From Candidatus Bathyarchaeia archaeon (GTDB taxonomy: Archaea; Thermoproteota; Bathyarchaeia; Bathyarchaeales; Bathycorpusculaceae), in assembly GCA_049516875.1 (NCBI GenBank), contig JBEKSS010000001.1, positions 352,001-416,000 of the forward strand: a stretch of DNA of 64,000 nucleotides, in the 5' to 3' direction. A model generated the notes under the pieces. It worked only from the letters and a program-made list of their open reading frames with translations, was not told the DNA's origin and did no database searches. Positions within the stretch are counted from its first letter, which is position 1. Every line of letters starts with the position of its first letter. Shown here piece by piece: positions 29,768 to 40,138 of the stretch. A program made the translations under genes and the position numbers.

Positions 29768-30061
29768 ATGATTGACGTCACGACGGTTAAGATTGACGGC
29801 AAGGCTTGCTTAGGGTTGAAAGTTGATTTACCCGAGAGCCCACCCTTGCTATTGATGGTGGCGGAGAAAGGCTTCGTGATGTGCGGCTTCCTGAACATTG
29901 AAGCCGCTGAAAGACTGGGCGTAGCCGCCGCCATGGTCAGCGGAGTGAAAACCTTTGAAGACGTACTCAACGCACAGGTCAAGGCTGTAACGACCAAAAC
30001 GAAGAATTCGGGCGTCGAGGTCGGAATGAAAGGTTCCGAAGCCCTGAAGCATATGTTCTAG
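29768..30061 (+). CDS. YunC/DUF1805 family protein
   Basis: KGFVMCGFLNIEAAERLG.AAA.VSGVKT. Confidence 0.85.
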   Translation: MIDVTTVKIDGKACLGLKVDLPESPPLLLMVAEKGFVMCGFLNIEAAERLGVAAAMVSGVKTFEDVLNAQVKAVTTKTKNSGVEVGMKGSEALKHMF

Positions 30062-30175
30062 AATTCTGTATCCGACGGCTTTTTGGATAGTCATGGCAAC
30101 TCCCTCTTCCGAGTCTCAGCGCCCTAATCTTGTATCTGCAAATTCCTTCACGCACGCCTTGATTTGCGCGCGCGC

Positions 30176-30709
30176 TAAGATGGTTGAGCCGTCCGGAGCC
30201 ATCCATCTGAAGAAGTAGTATGGGAAGACTGTTGTGTCGTTCCAGAGCATTTTCTGCGTCAGAAAGAATTCCATGCTGGATTTTCTCATTATCTGGGGCA
30301 GAGTGCAAGCGTAACCGAACGAGTCGGGAAACCATGCAACCTTCACGTCAACGTTGAACCTTTCCCAAAAGTATCTTTTCCCATAAAGGAACTGTCTTAC
30401 GAAGGATTCACCGGAAGGCATGTTGCCGTCAGGTTCAACCCATGTCCCGCCAACGGTCTCCCAACGTCCCTCCTCCACCCTCTTCTTCACTTTCTCGAAG
30501 GTTTCAGGGTACTTCTCCTCCAACCACTTATAGTATTGAGCGCTGCTCTGGCAGAAGCAGAAGTCATGATATTTCTCCATCAGTCTGAGGATCGTTTCAC
30601 AGGTATCGTGAAAGACCTCGATTGTTTCGCTGAATGTCCATAACCACGCGGCGTCCAAATGGCTGTGCCCTAAGAAGTAACATGTTCTACCGACATTTTT
30701 TGAGCCCAT
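30176..30709 (-). pseudogene. GH38 alpha-mannosidase N-terminal fragment
   Basis: GHSHLDAAWLW, GGTWVEPD, PDSFGY, FRWMAPDGS, then breaks at the GC run 30166-30175; full-length GH38 enzymes are far longer. Confidence 0.88.
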
Positions 30710-30856
30710 TTTGTCCCTTCAATGCCTTCGTACGCGGTTATAGCATAACATGTATTGTTATAAACGCTTTAGCATGATGTAGGACGCGCCTTCTCCATCG
30801 ATGTGAGGTTTATAAGAACCGAAATCGAGAGGCACCCATATCGAGAGAGTGTTGCG

Positions 30857-31465
30857 TTGTCTAAGAAGAAGCTTCTGGATGCTGTTGCCTCGGACGTCGT
30901 GGTTTGCACAAAGTGTCCGCTCTGGAAATCTCGCAAGAACGCGGTTCCTGGCGTGGGAAATCCCCGAAGCCGGATAATGTTCATTGGGGAGGCTCCGGGC
31001 GCGTCAGAGGATGCTAAAGGTGAACCCTTTGTGGGGATGGCGGGCAAATTCCTCGACGCACTCTTGTCACAGATAGGATTCTCAAGAGAGCAGGTTTTTA
31101 TCACAAACGTTGTGAAGTGCAGGCCGCCCGGAAACCGTCAGCCCAAGCCTCTGGAGATTGAGACTTGCACGCCATATCTGGACAGGCAGGTGCTGATCAT
31201 TCGGCCAAAATTCGTTGTTACGCTTGGCAGTCATTCGACATCCTATGTTTTCTCAAAGGCAGTGTTGCCCTTCAACAGTATAACACAAGTCCGCGGAAAA
31301 ATGTATAAGGCAACCATTCTAGGCTTGCAGCTGGGAGTCTTCCCAGTGTTCCATCCAGCGTCAACTCTCTACAATCCACAATACAAGGAAATTCTGGAAG
31401 ATGATTTTCAACTGTTGAAAACGAAATTGTCGAAGGCTCACTCAGGCGTCACCAATAGGTGTTAG
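30857..31465 (+). CDS. udg: Family 4 uracil-DNA glycosylase
   Basis: CTKCPL, IGEAPG, TNVVKCRPP.NR, FHPAS. Confidence 0.93.
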   Translation: MSKKKLLDAVASDVVVCTKCPLWKSRKNAVPGVGNPRSRIMFIGEAPGASEDAKGEPFVGMAGKFLDALLSQIGFSREQVFITNVVKCRPPGNRQPKPLEIETCTPYLDRQVLIIRPKFVVTLGSHSTSYVFSKAVLPFNSITQVRGKMYKATILGLQLGVFPVFHPASTLYNPQYKEILEDDFQLLKTKLSKAHSGVTNRC

Positions 31466-31577
31466 CTAGCTTGCAAGACTGCCTGCATCCTTGACGAGTT
31501 CTTCGAACTTTTTGTAGGTCTGGGAAGCGCAGGCGTTGAGAACCCGCAACATCTTATGTTCATATTGTGAGCCGCTA

Positions 31578-32348
31578 TTATGCGGTTACTTGCGGTGGCG
31601 GGCGGACTGGTCTGCCAAGTTTTCTGCGGAGCGCGATGCGATACAGCTTTCTCAAACATTTCACAAGTCGCTCGACGCTAGGCAAGCTGGAGTATATGAT
31701 TGGGATTCGGTCATACTCTGCTAGTCGTGTCGAATACTCGTCCGGCTGAGCGCCGTGAAAGACAACTACGCGTGGTTTCAGGTTGCTGATGCGAACGATA
31801 AGCATGGGGGATATGCCGTTTTCTATGTTTGTGAATATCAAGGCTCGCTCTGTTGTTGCTCCGAAAAGCTGTGAGAACTCTGAGCCTGAGAGTGTTTCAA
31901 CGGCTCTCTTGCTGTCGACTACGGTGTAACCGTTAACCTCCTTGACGTATGTGTCTGGGCATGCGACGGTTTTGCCTTCTATGGCTTTGCACAGGTACTC
32001 CACTCTTACGGGTATTGGGAATTCGCGTAAGTCTATTATGGCGTTGCTTGGTGAACTCGTGAGCTTGGCGAACTCGTGGAGGAAGCGACCGCCTCTTTCT
32101 TCGTCGATTTTGAGTAGAGCCCACACAAACCTTCGCACGAACTTTGTACCGGGGCTCGGTCGCCTGCCGCTTTCATAGTCGCTTATCACAGAAGACGAAA
32201 CCATCATTTTGTCCGAGAGATGCACCTGTGAAACGGCGAAGAGTTCACGCCATTTCCTCATTGTTGCGCCGGGTTTGCTTGAGAGAATTATTTCGCCTGC
32301 AATTCTTCTTGCCAAGACAGAATCACGAAGACTCGGAGAAGCAGCCAT
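31578..32348 (-). CDS. Archaeal XRE-type HTH regulator (COG1709-like)
   Basis: IAGEIILS..PG..MRKWRE.F...SVISDYESGRR. Confidence 0.82.
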   Translation of the reverse strand: MAASPSLRDSVLARRIAGEIILSSKPGATMRKWRELFAVSQVHLSDKMMVSSSVISDYESGRRPSPGTKFVRRFVWALLKIDEERGGRFLHEFAKLTSSPSNAIIDLREFPIPVRVEYLCKAIEGKTVACPDTYVKEVNGYTVVDSKRAVETLSGSEFSQLFGATTERALIFTNIENGISPMLIVRISNLKPRVVVFHGAQPDEYSTRLAEYDRIPIIYSSLPSVERLVKCLRKLYRIALRRKLGRPVRPPPQVTA

Positions 32349-32570
32349 TGAAGTTCGACCTTTCCAACTCGGCAGGTTTCCCTAAGAACTGCGTGCCCTA
32401 TAAAAACCTATATGCACATTAGAAACAATGGCTAGCGCAAGCTGTTAGGCTTATTACGAACCTATTAGGTTACCAAACCAGCGTTGAATTAGGTTGTCAC
32501 ATCTCTACGCGCTCTGCAAAGGACGCGCGCTCTTTCTAGGTGGAAATTGAATGCTCTTTCAGCTTGGATT

Positions 32571-32717
32571 AGACAAAAATTTAATTCCCTATTCTGATTA
32601 CTCGAGTGTGGTGATTGCGTTGGGCATGGGAAGCGCTAAAAAGAAACCAATGACTAAAAAGGAAAGAGAAAAGAAAAAAGCACAAGGAGAAACGATTAAA
32701 GAAGTAGTCTCAATTGC
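32571..32717 (+). repeat. ~150-bp duplicated unit, copy 2; micro-ORF frameshifted
   Basis: Matches 17271-17422 with a 5-nt deletion in the purine run. Confidence 0.9.
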
Positions 32718-32849
32718 AGAGCGCGCGAGACTTTGCCTCTGCAGGTCTTGGAGCTTTCTTGTCTTGGCTGCTGCGCGCGGTGTTTTTAAACGTTCCTTTG
32801 TGGGATTGCCCCACAATCCCTTCCCTTTCAAAATCTCTAAACGGTCCTC

Positions 32850-33143
32850 TCACAGATGCTTTTCACTTCTCTTTTTGCGAGGCTTGTGCAGTATGAAAGT
32901 GTGGCCTCGAACATCGATTAGGGCGGATTCTGTTTGTTGAGCTATTTTTAACGCGATGTCTTTGGGGCTCTCATCCTTAAGCGCGCTATTTAATATTTGG
33001 ACTTTCACTATTCTCCTTTTCCCCAACTGCCTAGAAATCTCTTTCATCGTCTGCAGCGACGCCCCCTCCTTACCAACCCATATTGTTGGCTTCTCTAAGC
33101 TTAGCTCACGTTTCATTCGATTCTTGGCCTTGGACGATATCAT
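32850..33143 (-). CDS. YhbY/CRM RNA-binding protein
   Basis: KPTIWVGKEG...IVKV.IL...DVRGHTFIL. Confidence 0.88.
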   Translation of the reverse strand: MISSKAKNRMKRELSLEKPTIWVGKEGASLQTMKEISRQLGKRRIVKVQILNSALKDESPKDIALKIAQQTESALIDVRGHTFILHKPRKKRSEKHL

Positions 33144-33161
33144 GTTTCCTCCTCCGCTCTT

Positions 33162-33465
33162 TCAGTACTTGGTTAAACCATTTACATCCAGATAGTACAA
33201 TGGAGCTTCTAAGACATAAGCAATAGCTTCATCCACAAACTCATTCAGTTCTCTAGGTGTCTTATTACCTTCGGACCATTGAGGAATATCATAATCAACT
33301 GAATGTGTGATCTCAGTTTGAATGTGCGCGCCAGAGTGGCTGAAAATATCGAAGAAGCATGCAAGCTTCTGGAAGGTGGGCTTGAATACGTACGTGAGAT
33401 CGACGAAAAAAGAGTCTTCCCCAAACGCAAATAATGAGAAATCAGAATGAGGCCTCCGGTGTTTG
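33162..33465 (-). pseudogene. Unidentified C-terminal gene fragment
   Basis: Protein-like tail (NEFVDEAIAYVLEAPLYYLDV) with no plausible start; bounded by the GC run at 33470. Confidence 0.35.
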
Positions 33466-33504
33466 TAGTGCGCGCGCGATGGGTTAAATGTTACTCGAGT
33501 AACT

Positions 33505-34104
33505 GTGTACGTGCGCACTGGAGAGAACCCATGTGTGCCTAGGCTTAGTTTTTGGACAGCAGGCCTATTCGCGCTCATTGCAGGTGTAGTCTCTTTGTTT
33601 GGGTTTGAAATCAATGAATCATCCAAGGGTAGGAGAACAGGCATCTTTTGGTGGGGCTTGATAATTTTTGGTCTAGCTTTATCATGGTTATTTGGGGTTC
33701 TTTGGTCTGGAGTCTTTCCTGGAGCCACAATTCTCAACATAAGTTCAAGTTTAGGATCCCTATATGGCATCGTACAGATTGTGGCCAGTCTTGTTTTCTT
33801 ATTTGTCGGATTCCGTATGATGAAGGGAGCGACCGTAAGAGACAACCAAACCTACTCGGCACTTGAACCAGGAATATTTGCACTGGAGTCTTACTTGAGT
33901 CAAAGGAATTACAGGTCCTTGGTTTACTTGTTAGCTAGTGTAGTAATCCACGTTTGGGCATTAGAGGGTGGCAGTAACATTGACTTTCTGATAATGCGTA
34001 TCAACTTTGTGGGATTGATACTTCTCTTGATTCTCTATGGTCCGCCTAGCATGTATATGGAGGTTGGTTTAACCCGGCTTCTATTCTGCCATATGCTTTG
34101 TTAG
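33505..34104 (+). CDS. Hypothetical membrane protein, possibly a fragment or chimera
   Basis: Several hydrophobic segments, low GC. Confidence 0.35.
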   Translation: MYVRTGENPCVPRLSFWTAGLFALIAGVVSLFGFEINESSKGRRTGIFWWGLIIFGLALSWLFGVLWSGVFPGATILNISSSLGSLYGIVQIVASLVFLFVGFRMMKGATVRDNQTYSALEPGIFALESYLSQRNYRSLVYLLASVVIHVWALEGGSNIDFLIMRINFVGLILLLILYGPPSMYMEVGLTRLLFCHMLC

Positions 34105-34215
34105 TGTTTGGTCTTTTCGCAGAACTCTTCATAGTCTGCGAATTCTTCATCAGCGTGATGAATCTAGCAAGCAGAACACGAAAGCTGGAATCCCTCAATT
34201 CCATAGAGTAGCGCG

Positions 34216-35109
34216 CTAGACAAGGAAGATTATGAAGACTCCTGCAACAATCATTATTGAACCCATGACATTCTTGACGTTGACCTTTTCATGCAAGAGT
34301 AGGATGCCTGCCAAGGTTGAAAAAAGGGGTGTAGCTGATGATATTGGAACAGCCCGAGATTGCAAGGTGTCTATGAAGCTAATGGACAGGAGAAACCAGC
34401 CCAGCCCAAGCGCCACAATTCCACCAGCAATCAGCGTGACCACTGTTCTTCTTCGCATTTTCAGAAAACCCAAACCCCTGTCCACAATGGGAGCAGAGAT
34501 CGCGAAGGAAACCGCGATTGTCAAAATTCTTATCGTGTTGATGGCGAACGCATCGCCTAAGTTCGGTGTTTCCTTCACAGCCAGACCCATCATCGCTATA
34601 CTCACAGACCACAACAAAGCTGTTGCAAGAGCCACAGCCAAGCCTCTGCCCAAGACCTTTTTCTGCGCATCCAACGTGTCTTTTTCTCCTTCTAGGCTCA
34701 AAAGCCATATTCCTAAGACTATGACAACAGCTCCAAGAGCCACAGACCACGTGATGGGTTCGCCTGCTAAAAGGGCAACCCACAGAAGATTGAAAAGCGG
34801 ATAGGTGCACGTCACCGGGACGGCCCGGGTGACGCCAATCATTTTCAGACTGATCATGTACAAAGTGTCGCCCAAACCTAAGCCGATAATGCCGCTGACA
34901 CCGGCAAGAACAACGACATTTGTGGGCAGACTAGCTAAGACTCCAAGCATGCCGGTGGCAACCAAAAAGGCAAGTAGAACAGCGCTGGTCAGCGTTAAGC
35001 GAACGATGTTAGCCGAAACAGGTTTAGTCTCTGATAATGCCTTTCTGTAGAGCAGGGCCGACACCGTCCAACTGATAGCCGCTCCTAGAGCTGCAAATTC
35101 GCCTATCAT
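34216..35109 (-). CDS. EamA/DMT transporter
   Basis: About 10 TM helices, two EamA repeats. Confidence 0.88.
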   Translation of the reverse strand: MIGEFAALGAAISWTVSALLYRKALSETKPVSANIVRLTLTSAVLLAFLVATGMLGVLASLPTNVVVLAGVSGIIGLGLGDTLYMISLKMIGVTRAVPVTCTYPLFNLLWVALLAGEPITWSVALGAVVIVLGIWLLSLEGEKDTLDAQKKVLGRGLAVALATALLWSVSIAMMGLAVKETPNLGDAFAINTIRILTIAVSFAISAPIVDRGLGFLKMRRRTVVTLIAGGIVALGLGWFLLSISFIDTLQSRAVPISSATPLFSTLAGILLLHEKVNVKNVMGSIMIVAGVFIIFLV

Positions 35110-35190
35110 TTTCCTGAGCCTTTAGGCAAGATTCTGCTTGAAGCTGTTAAATAGCTAACGTCTAAAATAAGGTTGAATGGTGTTGCATCG

Positions 35191-35868
35191 ATGCAAATAG
35201 GCGTTAGCTGGAGTGCTGATGTCCTTTCTAGGTTTTCAGAGCTTGCCATATGCGTCGGGATAATCACTGGAATCTGCAATCAAGAGGATGATGAGCAGCT
35301 GTGCCAGCTCAAGAAGACAGCATATGAAGAAGTTAGAGCAAAACACAGTGTTGACGCGTTGAAAGACAACTCGACAGTGAGAGCCTACAGAGACTTCTAC
35401 TGGAAGCTTGACATCGACCCCACGAAAACACGGCCTTCAGGCGAGGCTTTGCTGCGCAGGGTGCTGAACGGAAACGATCTGCCAAGCATATCCTCGGTCG
35501 TCGAACCGTACAATTTGGCCTCAATGCAAACTATAATTCCGATCAGTGGGTTTGACAGAGGTCTCCTGAACCCGCCGCTCCACGTACGCTTTGCAAGGAA
35601 CGAGGCTTTCACCGGAATCGGAATGAACAAGCCGATGTTTCTAACCGAGAAAATGCTCGTCTTGACGGACGAGAAATAGGTCCTATGCATCTACCCCTAC
35701 CGCGATTCTGACCTCACAAAGATTACTGTGCAAACGCAAAATGCGGTGATAGTCGGATATGGAGCACCAAGAATAGGACAAGGACAATTGAAAGCGGCTG
35801 TGGAAAAGACGCTGGAATACGTCAGAAGCGTTTCTGGCGGAGAAGTGGAATCAGTAAAGGTTTTCTGA
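35191..35868 (+). pseudogene. B3/B4 (PheRS-beta-like) domain protein with in-frame TAG at 35677-35679
   Basis: IDPTKTRPSGEALLRR; frame continues after TAG as VLCIYPYRDSDLTKIT to TGA at 35868. Confidence 0.8.
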
Positions 35869-35892
35869 TAGATTCGCTAGCGCATAGAGGCA

Positions 35893-36327
35893 TCAGGTTA
35901 GGTTGCTGCTGGAATAGTACAGGAAGGGCAATGCGAGCAGAATTGTGCTGCGTCCTCGTGTTGTCAGGGAATATTTCACTCTTAATGGTGGACCTTGTTC
36001 CACCGACCTTTTGACATACCCGTACTGGTCCAGACCTTTCAGCTTGTCAGACAACGTGCGAGAGTTCACGCTGAGAATCTTCTTCATCTCGCCGAAGCCT
36101 GTCGTCTCCCTCAGGAACAGGATGTAGAGTATTTGGAGACTCCATTTTTGAGACAGCAAGCTGAAGCTCTCTTCGAGACTCTTTATGGTCTCCCTCATGT
36201 CGTCCAAACCGAGTCTTTGGTTCCGGAATATTTCGTTGAGTGTTTCCTCTATGCCTCTAAGGTTGATTTTCATGCGGGACTCAACTAGTCTGCGAAGTTC
36301 ATCGCTTAGCACTGTTTTTGAGTTCAC
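35893..36327 (-). CDS. HxlR/DUF24 winged-helix regulator
   Basis: KWSLQIL...VNSRTLSDKLK.L...PLRVKYSLT.RG. Confidence 0.88.
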   Translation of the reverse strand: MNSKTVLSDELRRLVESRMKINLRGIEETLNEIFRNQRLGLDDMRETIKSLEESFSLLSQKWSLQILYILFLRETTGFGEMKKILSVNSRTLSDKLKGLDQYGYVKRSVEQGPPLRVKYSLTTRGRSTILLALPFLYYSSSNLT

Positions 36328-36423
36328 GCTTGCACACTCAGTGTGTGAGTACCTACTTCACGGTTTATAAGGTTTAACTCTTAAATCTAGTGTGCAAAAC
36401 ACACCGAACCAGCCGGTGACACG

Positions 36424-36972
36424 ATGAACCCGTCTGCAAAGAAGTTGATAGGCATCGTCAAAGAAAGAATGTCAGTTCTTCAGGGAACGGCCCACTCCTA
36501 CGGGCACGTTGACCGAGTCGTGAAGATCGCTACCATTCTGGCTGAGAAAGAACAAGCCGACACGGAACTTGTGAAGACAGCAGCCCTTCTACACGATATA
36601 GGACGCGCGGTCGGAGAACCACACAACGAAACAGGGGCAAAACTTGCAGGCGAAATTCTGAAGCAGTCAACGAACTATCCGCAAGAAAGAATCAGAAGAA
36701 TTGTCAAAATAGTACTGCAGCATCCCATCGCCTTCAGAGACAAATTGGAAACTCTGGAGGAAAAGGTAGTGTGGGACGCAGACAAAATAGACTTGTTAGG
36801 AGTGATAGGCATCGCTAGAGTGTTTCACTGGCTTGGCAAAAAACCGTTTGAGACCGCGGTCGACACCTGTTTTGAAGATTTGAAACCAATCTACAGTTTG
36901 TTGAATACACCTTCCGCCCAAAAAATCGCAGAAGAAAGATACGAAGAACAATCGCTGCCTTGTCAGCTTTGA
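36424..36972 (+). CDS. HD-domain phosphohydrolase, probable 1-nt frameshift near the C-terminus
   Basis: H...H..RV, LLHDIG, DADKID; alternative frame TIAALSALKEEL ends at 37010. Confidence 0.8.
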   Translation: MNPSAKKLIGIVKERMSVLQGTAHSYGHVDRVVKIATILAEKEQADTELVKTAALLHDIGRAVGEPHNETGAKLAGEILKQSTNYPQERIRRIVKIVLQHPIAFRDKLETLEEKVVWDADKIDLLGVIGIARVFHWLGKKPFETAVDTCFEDLKPIYSLLNTPSAQKIAEERYEEQSLPCQL

Positions 36973-37080
36973 AAGAAGAGCTTTCAACTGAGGATCTGAG
37001 AACCACCTGAAGTTGCTGAGAGCGTTGCGAAATCAAAAGAGTTTTTAGCGCTACACACGAGTAGAAAGAGGTGTTTAAAC

Positions 37081-37875
37081 TTGTCTTTCCGCGCCGGAAT
37101 GGCTCAGACCGCAAAGGAGAAAGAATCCAACATCGTCCTAGCCTTTGACTTTCCGTTCGAAAAACCCGAAAACCGCAAGAAACTCTTTTCCAAAGCAGAA
37201 CAGCTCTTGGAAGCGGTACATCCATACTTGTGCGCTGTGAAATTCAACCACCATCTGGTTCTTCCTCTAGGCACGTTTGACGGCGTTCAAAAGCTCGTAG
37301 GAAAGGCCCAGAACGAGGGATTGATGACCATTATGGACTGCAAGGTGAATGACATCGGCGCAACAAACCAAGCTATCGCAGAGTACTATTACGCGGCAGG
37401 ATTCGACGCGTTGATAGCCAATCCTTTCATAGGATGGGAAGAAGGGTTGAAACCGATTTTTGAAGTTGCAGGCAGACTGCATCGCGGTGTAATTCTACTC
37501 GTTTACATGAGCCATAAAGCAGCAGTAGAAGGATACGGACAAACAATCGTCGATGCTGAGACTGGAGGGAAAATGCTTCAGTACGTTTCGTTTGCAAGAA
37601 AGACTCTGAAATACGGTGCAGACGGCGCGGTTGTCGGCGCTACGTATCCCGAAAAAATAAGGGAAGTGCACGAGATACTCGGCGAAAAAATTCCGATATA
37701 TTCTCCGGGAATAGGAGCCCAAGGCGGAACAGCCCAAGCTGCCCTAATGGCTGGTGCAACTTACCTTATCGTCGGACGAGAGATAACGCTTGCCGAAAAC
37801 CCTGCTGAAGCAGCAAAGAAAGCTAGGGATATTGTAAGACCTGCCAAGTGGAGTTCTCCTAGACGTTCATCATAA
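37081..37875 (+). CDS. pyrF: Orotidine-5'-phosphate decarboxylase
   Basis: DCKVNDIGATN, VVGATYP, SPGIGAQGG, IVGREI. Confidence 0.92.
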   Translation: MSFRAGMAQTAKEKESNIVLAFDFPFEKPENRKKLFSKAEQLLEAVHPYLCAVKFNHHLVLPLGTFDGVQKLVGKAQNEGLMTIMDCKVNDIGATNQAIAEYYYAAGFDALIANPFIGWEEGLKPIFEVAGRLHRGVILLVYMSHKAAVEGYGQTIVDAETGGKMLQYVSFARKTLKYGADGAVVGATYPEKIREVHEILGEKIPIYSPGIGAQGGTAQAALMAGATYLIVGREITLAENPAEAAKKARDIVRPAKWSSPRRSS

Positions 37876-37905
37876 GTCTTTGTGCTCGGGTTGACCAACT
37901 GGAGT

Positions 37906-38562
37906 CTAACCTGTTCTTTTTTGTGCGAGAATGACGTATCCTCTCACCCAGTTCCTATGATAATAGCTTGTAAAAGTGTCTTCTTCAAAGTGGATTACAT
38001 GGAAGTTCTTCAGAAGATCGAGTATTTCTTTACGGGTGAAGTGATGACCGAAATGGAGAATCCTTCCAGTTTCATCCTTCACCGCGATTGTGCCTGACTC
38101 GCCTGTGACTCTTGCATCGATTCTGTACCTTTTTGCGTAAACAGGGTTTTTCCATGTTCGAGCAAACTCTTCAACGAAGATGTAACCATGCTTTTTGAGA
38201 ATCCTATACACCTCGTTGAGTATTCTGGGTCTCTCAGACTTTGAAACTAGAGTGAGGACGCCCAGCATCGTGGCCGCATCGAAGGAAGAATCAGGGAAGC
38301 ACAGGTTTCTGGCATCGTTGAGTAGGAAGTCTATTTCTCCGTTAACGCCTCGCGGTTTTGACCCCTCTTGCGCTATTCCTATCTGAGTCCTATCAACGTC
38401 GACGCCGACAACGTTGAAACAATTTTCGTGAAGGAAGAAACAGGTCCTTCCATAACCACAACCGACTTCCAAAACTTTCTTTGCTGAACCGTCTTTGATT
38501 ACATTGACAAGCCTTGTGGGCAAGGGAATGGTGTAAAGCTTCCTTTCGCCGCAAGATTTCAT
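37906..38562 (-). CDS. Class I SAM methyltransferase
   Basis: VLEVGCGYGR, FPDSSFD. Confidence 0.88.
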   Translation of the reverse strand: MKSCGERKLYTIPLPTRLVNVIKDGSAKKVLEVGCGYGRTCFFLHENCFNVVGVDVDRTQIGIAQEGSKPRGVNGEIDFLLNDARNLCFPDSSFDAATMLGVLTLVSKSERPRILNEVYRILKKHGYIFVEEFARTWKNPVYAKRYRIDARVTGESGTIAVKDETGRILHFGHHFTRKEILDLLKNFHVIHFEEDTFTSYYHRNWVRGYVILAQKRTG

Positions 38563-38711
38563 CTTCCACGTCTTTCCCAAAGCTCTTTCTTCAGCAAATC
38601 CCTCACTGAAGACCTGATTGCCGAACTCCTGCTTGGATACATGTTCGCTCTAACAAGCTCATCCAAACCTTCCAAATAAGCTTCGGGCAACAACACCGTT
38701 ACAAGTTTCAA
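38559..38711 (-). CDS. CopG/RHH regulator
   Basis: KLVTVLLPEAYLEGLDELV...YPSRSSAIR..VRDLL. Confidence 0.88.
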   Translation of the reverse strand: MKLVTVLLPEAYLEGLDELVRANMYPSRSSAIRSSVRDLLKKELWERRGR

Positions 38712-38873
38712 CCTGCTTCCCCCTAAACATGTTATGCATATAACATGCACCAAATATAAGATTTGACCCAAAACTCAAAGGTCATTCTTCAAGCGCGCGC
38801 AGTTGAAACCATGCCGTTGAGCGGCAAATGCGCAAATCATAAAAAAGAAATCAACTAACAGTCTACAAAGGTT

Positions 38874-40085
38874 GTGATATCAGTGGAATCTTTCTCCCCG
38901 AAGACATTTGTCGAGACCGCAATCGCAAGGATGAAGCGGAACATCGGCAATGAGAAGGCGTTGGTAGCTGTTTCTGGAGGGGTAGACAGCACGACATGCG
39001 CCGTGTTGACGCACAAAGCGGTTGGTGAAAATCTTGTTTGTGTGATTTTGGACGATGCTTTCATGCGACTAGGTGAACCGGAGCATGTTGCCGAAACGCT
39101 GTCAAAATCGCCATTCAATGTGCCTGTGAAAATAGTCAATGTTCGCGACCGTTTCATGCAGGCGATGAAGGGACTGAGGGACGCTGAAGAAAAACGCAAA
39201 GCGTTCCGCGAGACCTTCTATAAGGTTTTGAGCGAAACAGCCAAGAACGAAGGCTGCAAAATCCTAGTCCAAGGCACCATACGCGCCGACGTAATCGAAA
39301 CTGTAGGAGGCGTGAAAACTCAGCACAACGTTTTGGAACAGATGGGCATAAACCCGTTGCAAAAGTTTGGCTTCAAAGTTGTTGAACCCCTGCTGCCGCT
39401 GTTCAAAGAACAGGTCAGGATAGTTGCAAGGCATTTAGGGCTGCCGACAGAGTTTTCCGAACGGCAACCTTTTCCAGGGCCAGGCTTGTCAGTTCGGGTG
39501 GTAGGAGAAATTCGTCCAGACAAACTGGAAATCCTGAAGACGGCCACAACCATGGTTGAACACGAGCTTGCGGTTCACAAGCCCGGACAGTATTTTGCAG
39601 TGATCGTCGACAACGAAGAAGCCCCGCAGACTTCAAGGGCCCTGCATGTTCAAGAGACCGTTGCACATCTTCTCAACGTCCCATCGAGAAACGTTCACGT
39701 CAAAGTCTTCGCGGACAGGGCTACTGGCGTTGAGGGTGGCAAGAGGCGTTACGGTGAGGTAGTCGGCATAAAAGTTCAGACAATGGATGGTAGGCTTCAT
39801 CAAACGGGCATTCAGAACCTTGTTTCAGTTCAGGCAAGGATAATCACTGAAAACCCGCCGGTAGCAAGAGTTTTCTACGCAGTGAAAGATTCAGGTCAAA
39901 AAAAGCCCTATGTCATAGGCATAAGGTCTGTGCAGACAAAAGACTTTTTGACGGCGGAAGTTTCGGAGATACCTTGGACAACGTTGGACAAGATTGGGGA
40001 AGAAATCGTTGAACAATGCGCGGACGTGTCAACGGTCTACTATGATGTTACTCCCAAGCCGCCTGCAACAATCGAAATGGAATAG
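38874..40085 (+). CDS. guaAB: GMP synthase ATP-pyrophosphatase subunit B
   Basis: SGGVDS, VKTQHNV, RQPFPGPGL, YDVTPKPPATIE. Confidence 0.92.
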   Translation: MISVESFSPKTFVETAIARMKRNIGNEKALVAVSGGVDSTTCAVLTHKAVGENLVCVILDDAFMRLGEPEHVAETLSKSPFNVPVKIVNVRDRFMQAMKGLRDAEEKRKAFRETFYKVLSETAKNEGCKILVQGTIRADVIETVGGVKTQHNVLEQMGINPLQKFGFKVVEPLLPLFKEQVRIVARHLGLPTEFSERQPFPGPGLSVRVVGEIRPDKLEILKTATTMVEHELAVHKPGQYFAVIVDNEEAPQTSRALHVQETVAHLLNVPSRNVHVKVFADRATGVEGGKRRYGEVVGIKVQTMDGRLHQTGIQNLVSVQARIITENPPVARVFYAVKDSGQKKPYVIGIRSVQTKDFLTAEVSEIPWTTLDKIGEEIVEQCADVSTVYYDVTPKPPATIEME

Positions 40086-40138
40086 CCCACGCTAGAAAGG
40101 TATAAAACCTCTTGGACATTCTACAGTGATGAAAAGCC

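Noticed and set aside
32981-32986. Six-base GCGCGC or CGCGCG inside yhbY, tbp, the HD gene and the HEPN-like gene as junctions
   Set aside because: Within intact frames and expected by chance; only longer or intergenic runs were counted
36940-37010. Programmed frameshift or intron in the HD gene
   Set aside because: Single-base shift with no slippery site or BHB; more likely mutation or error
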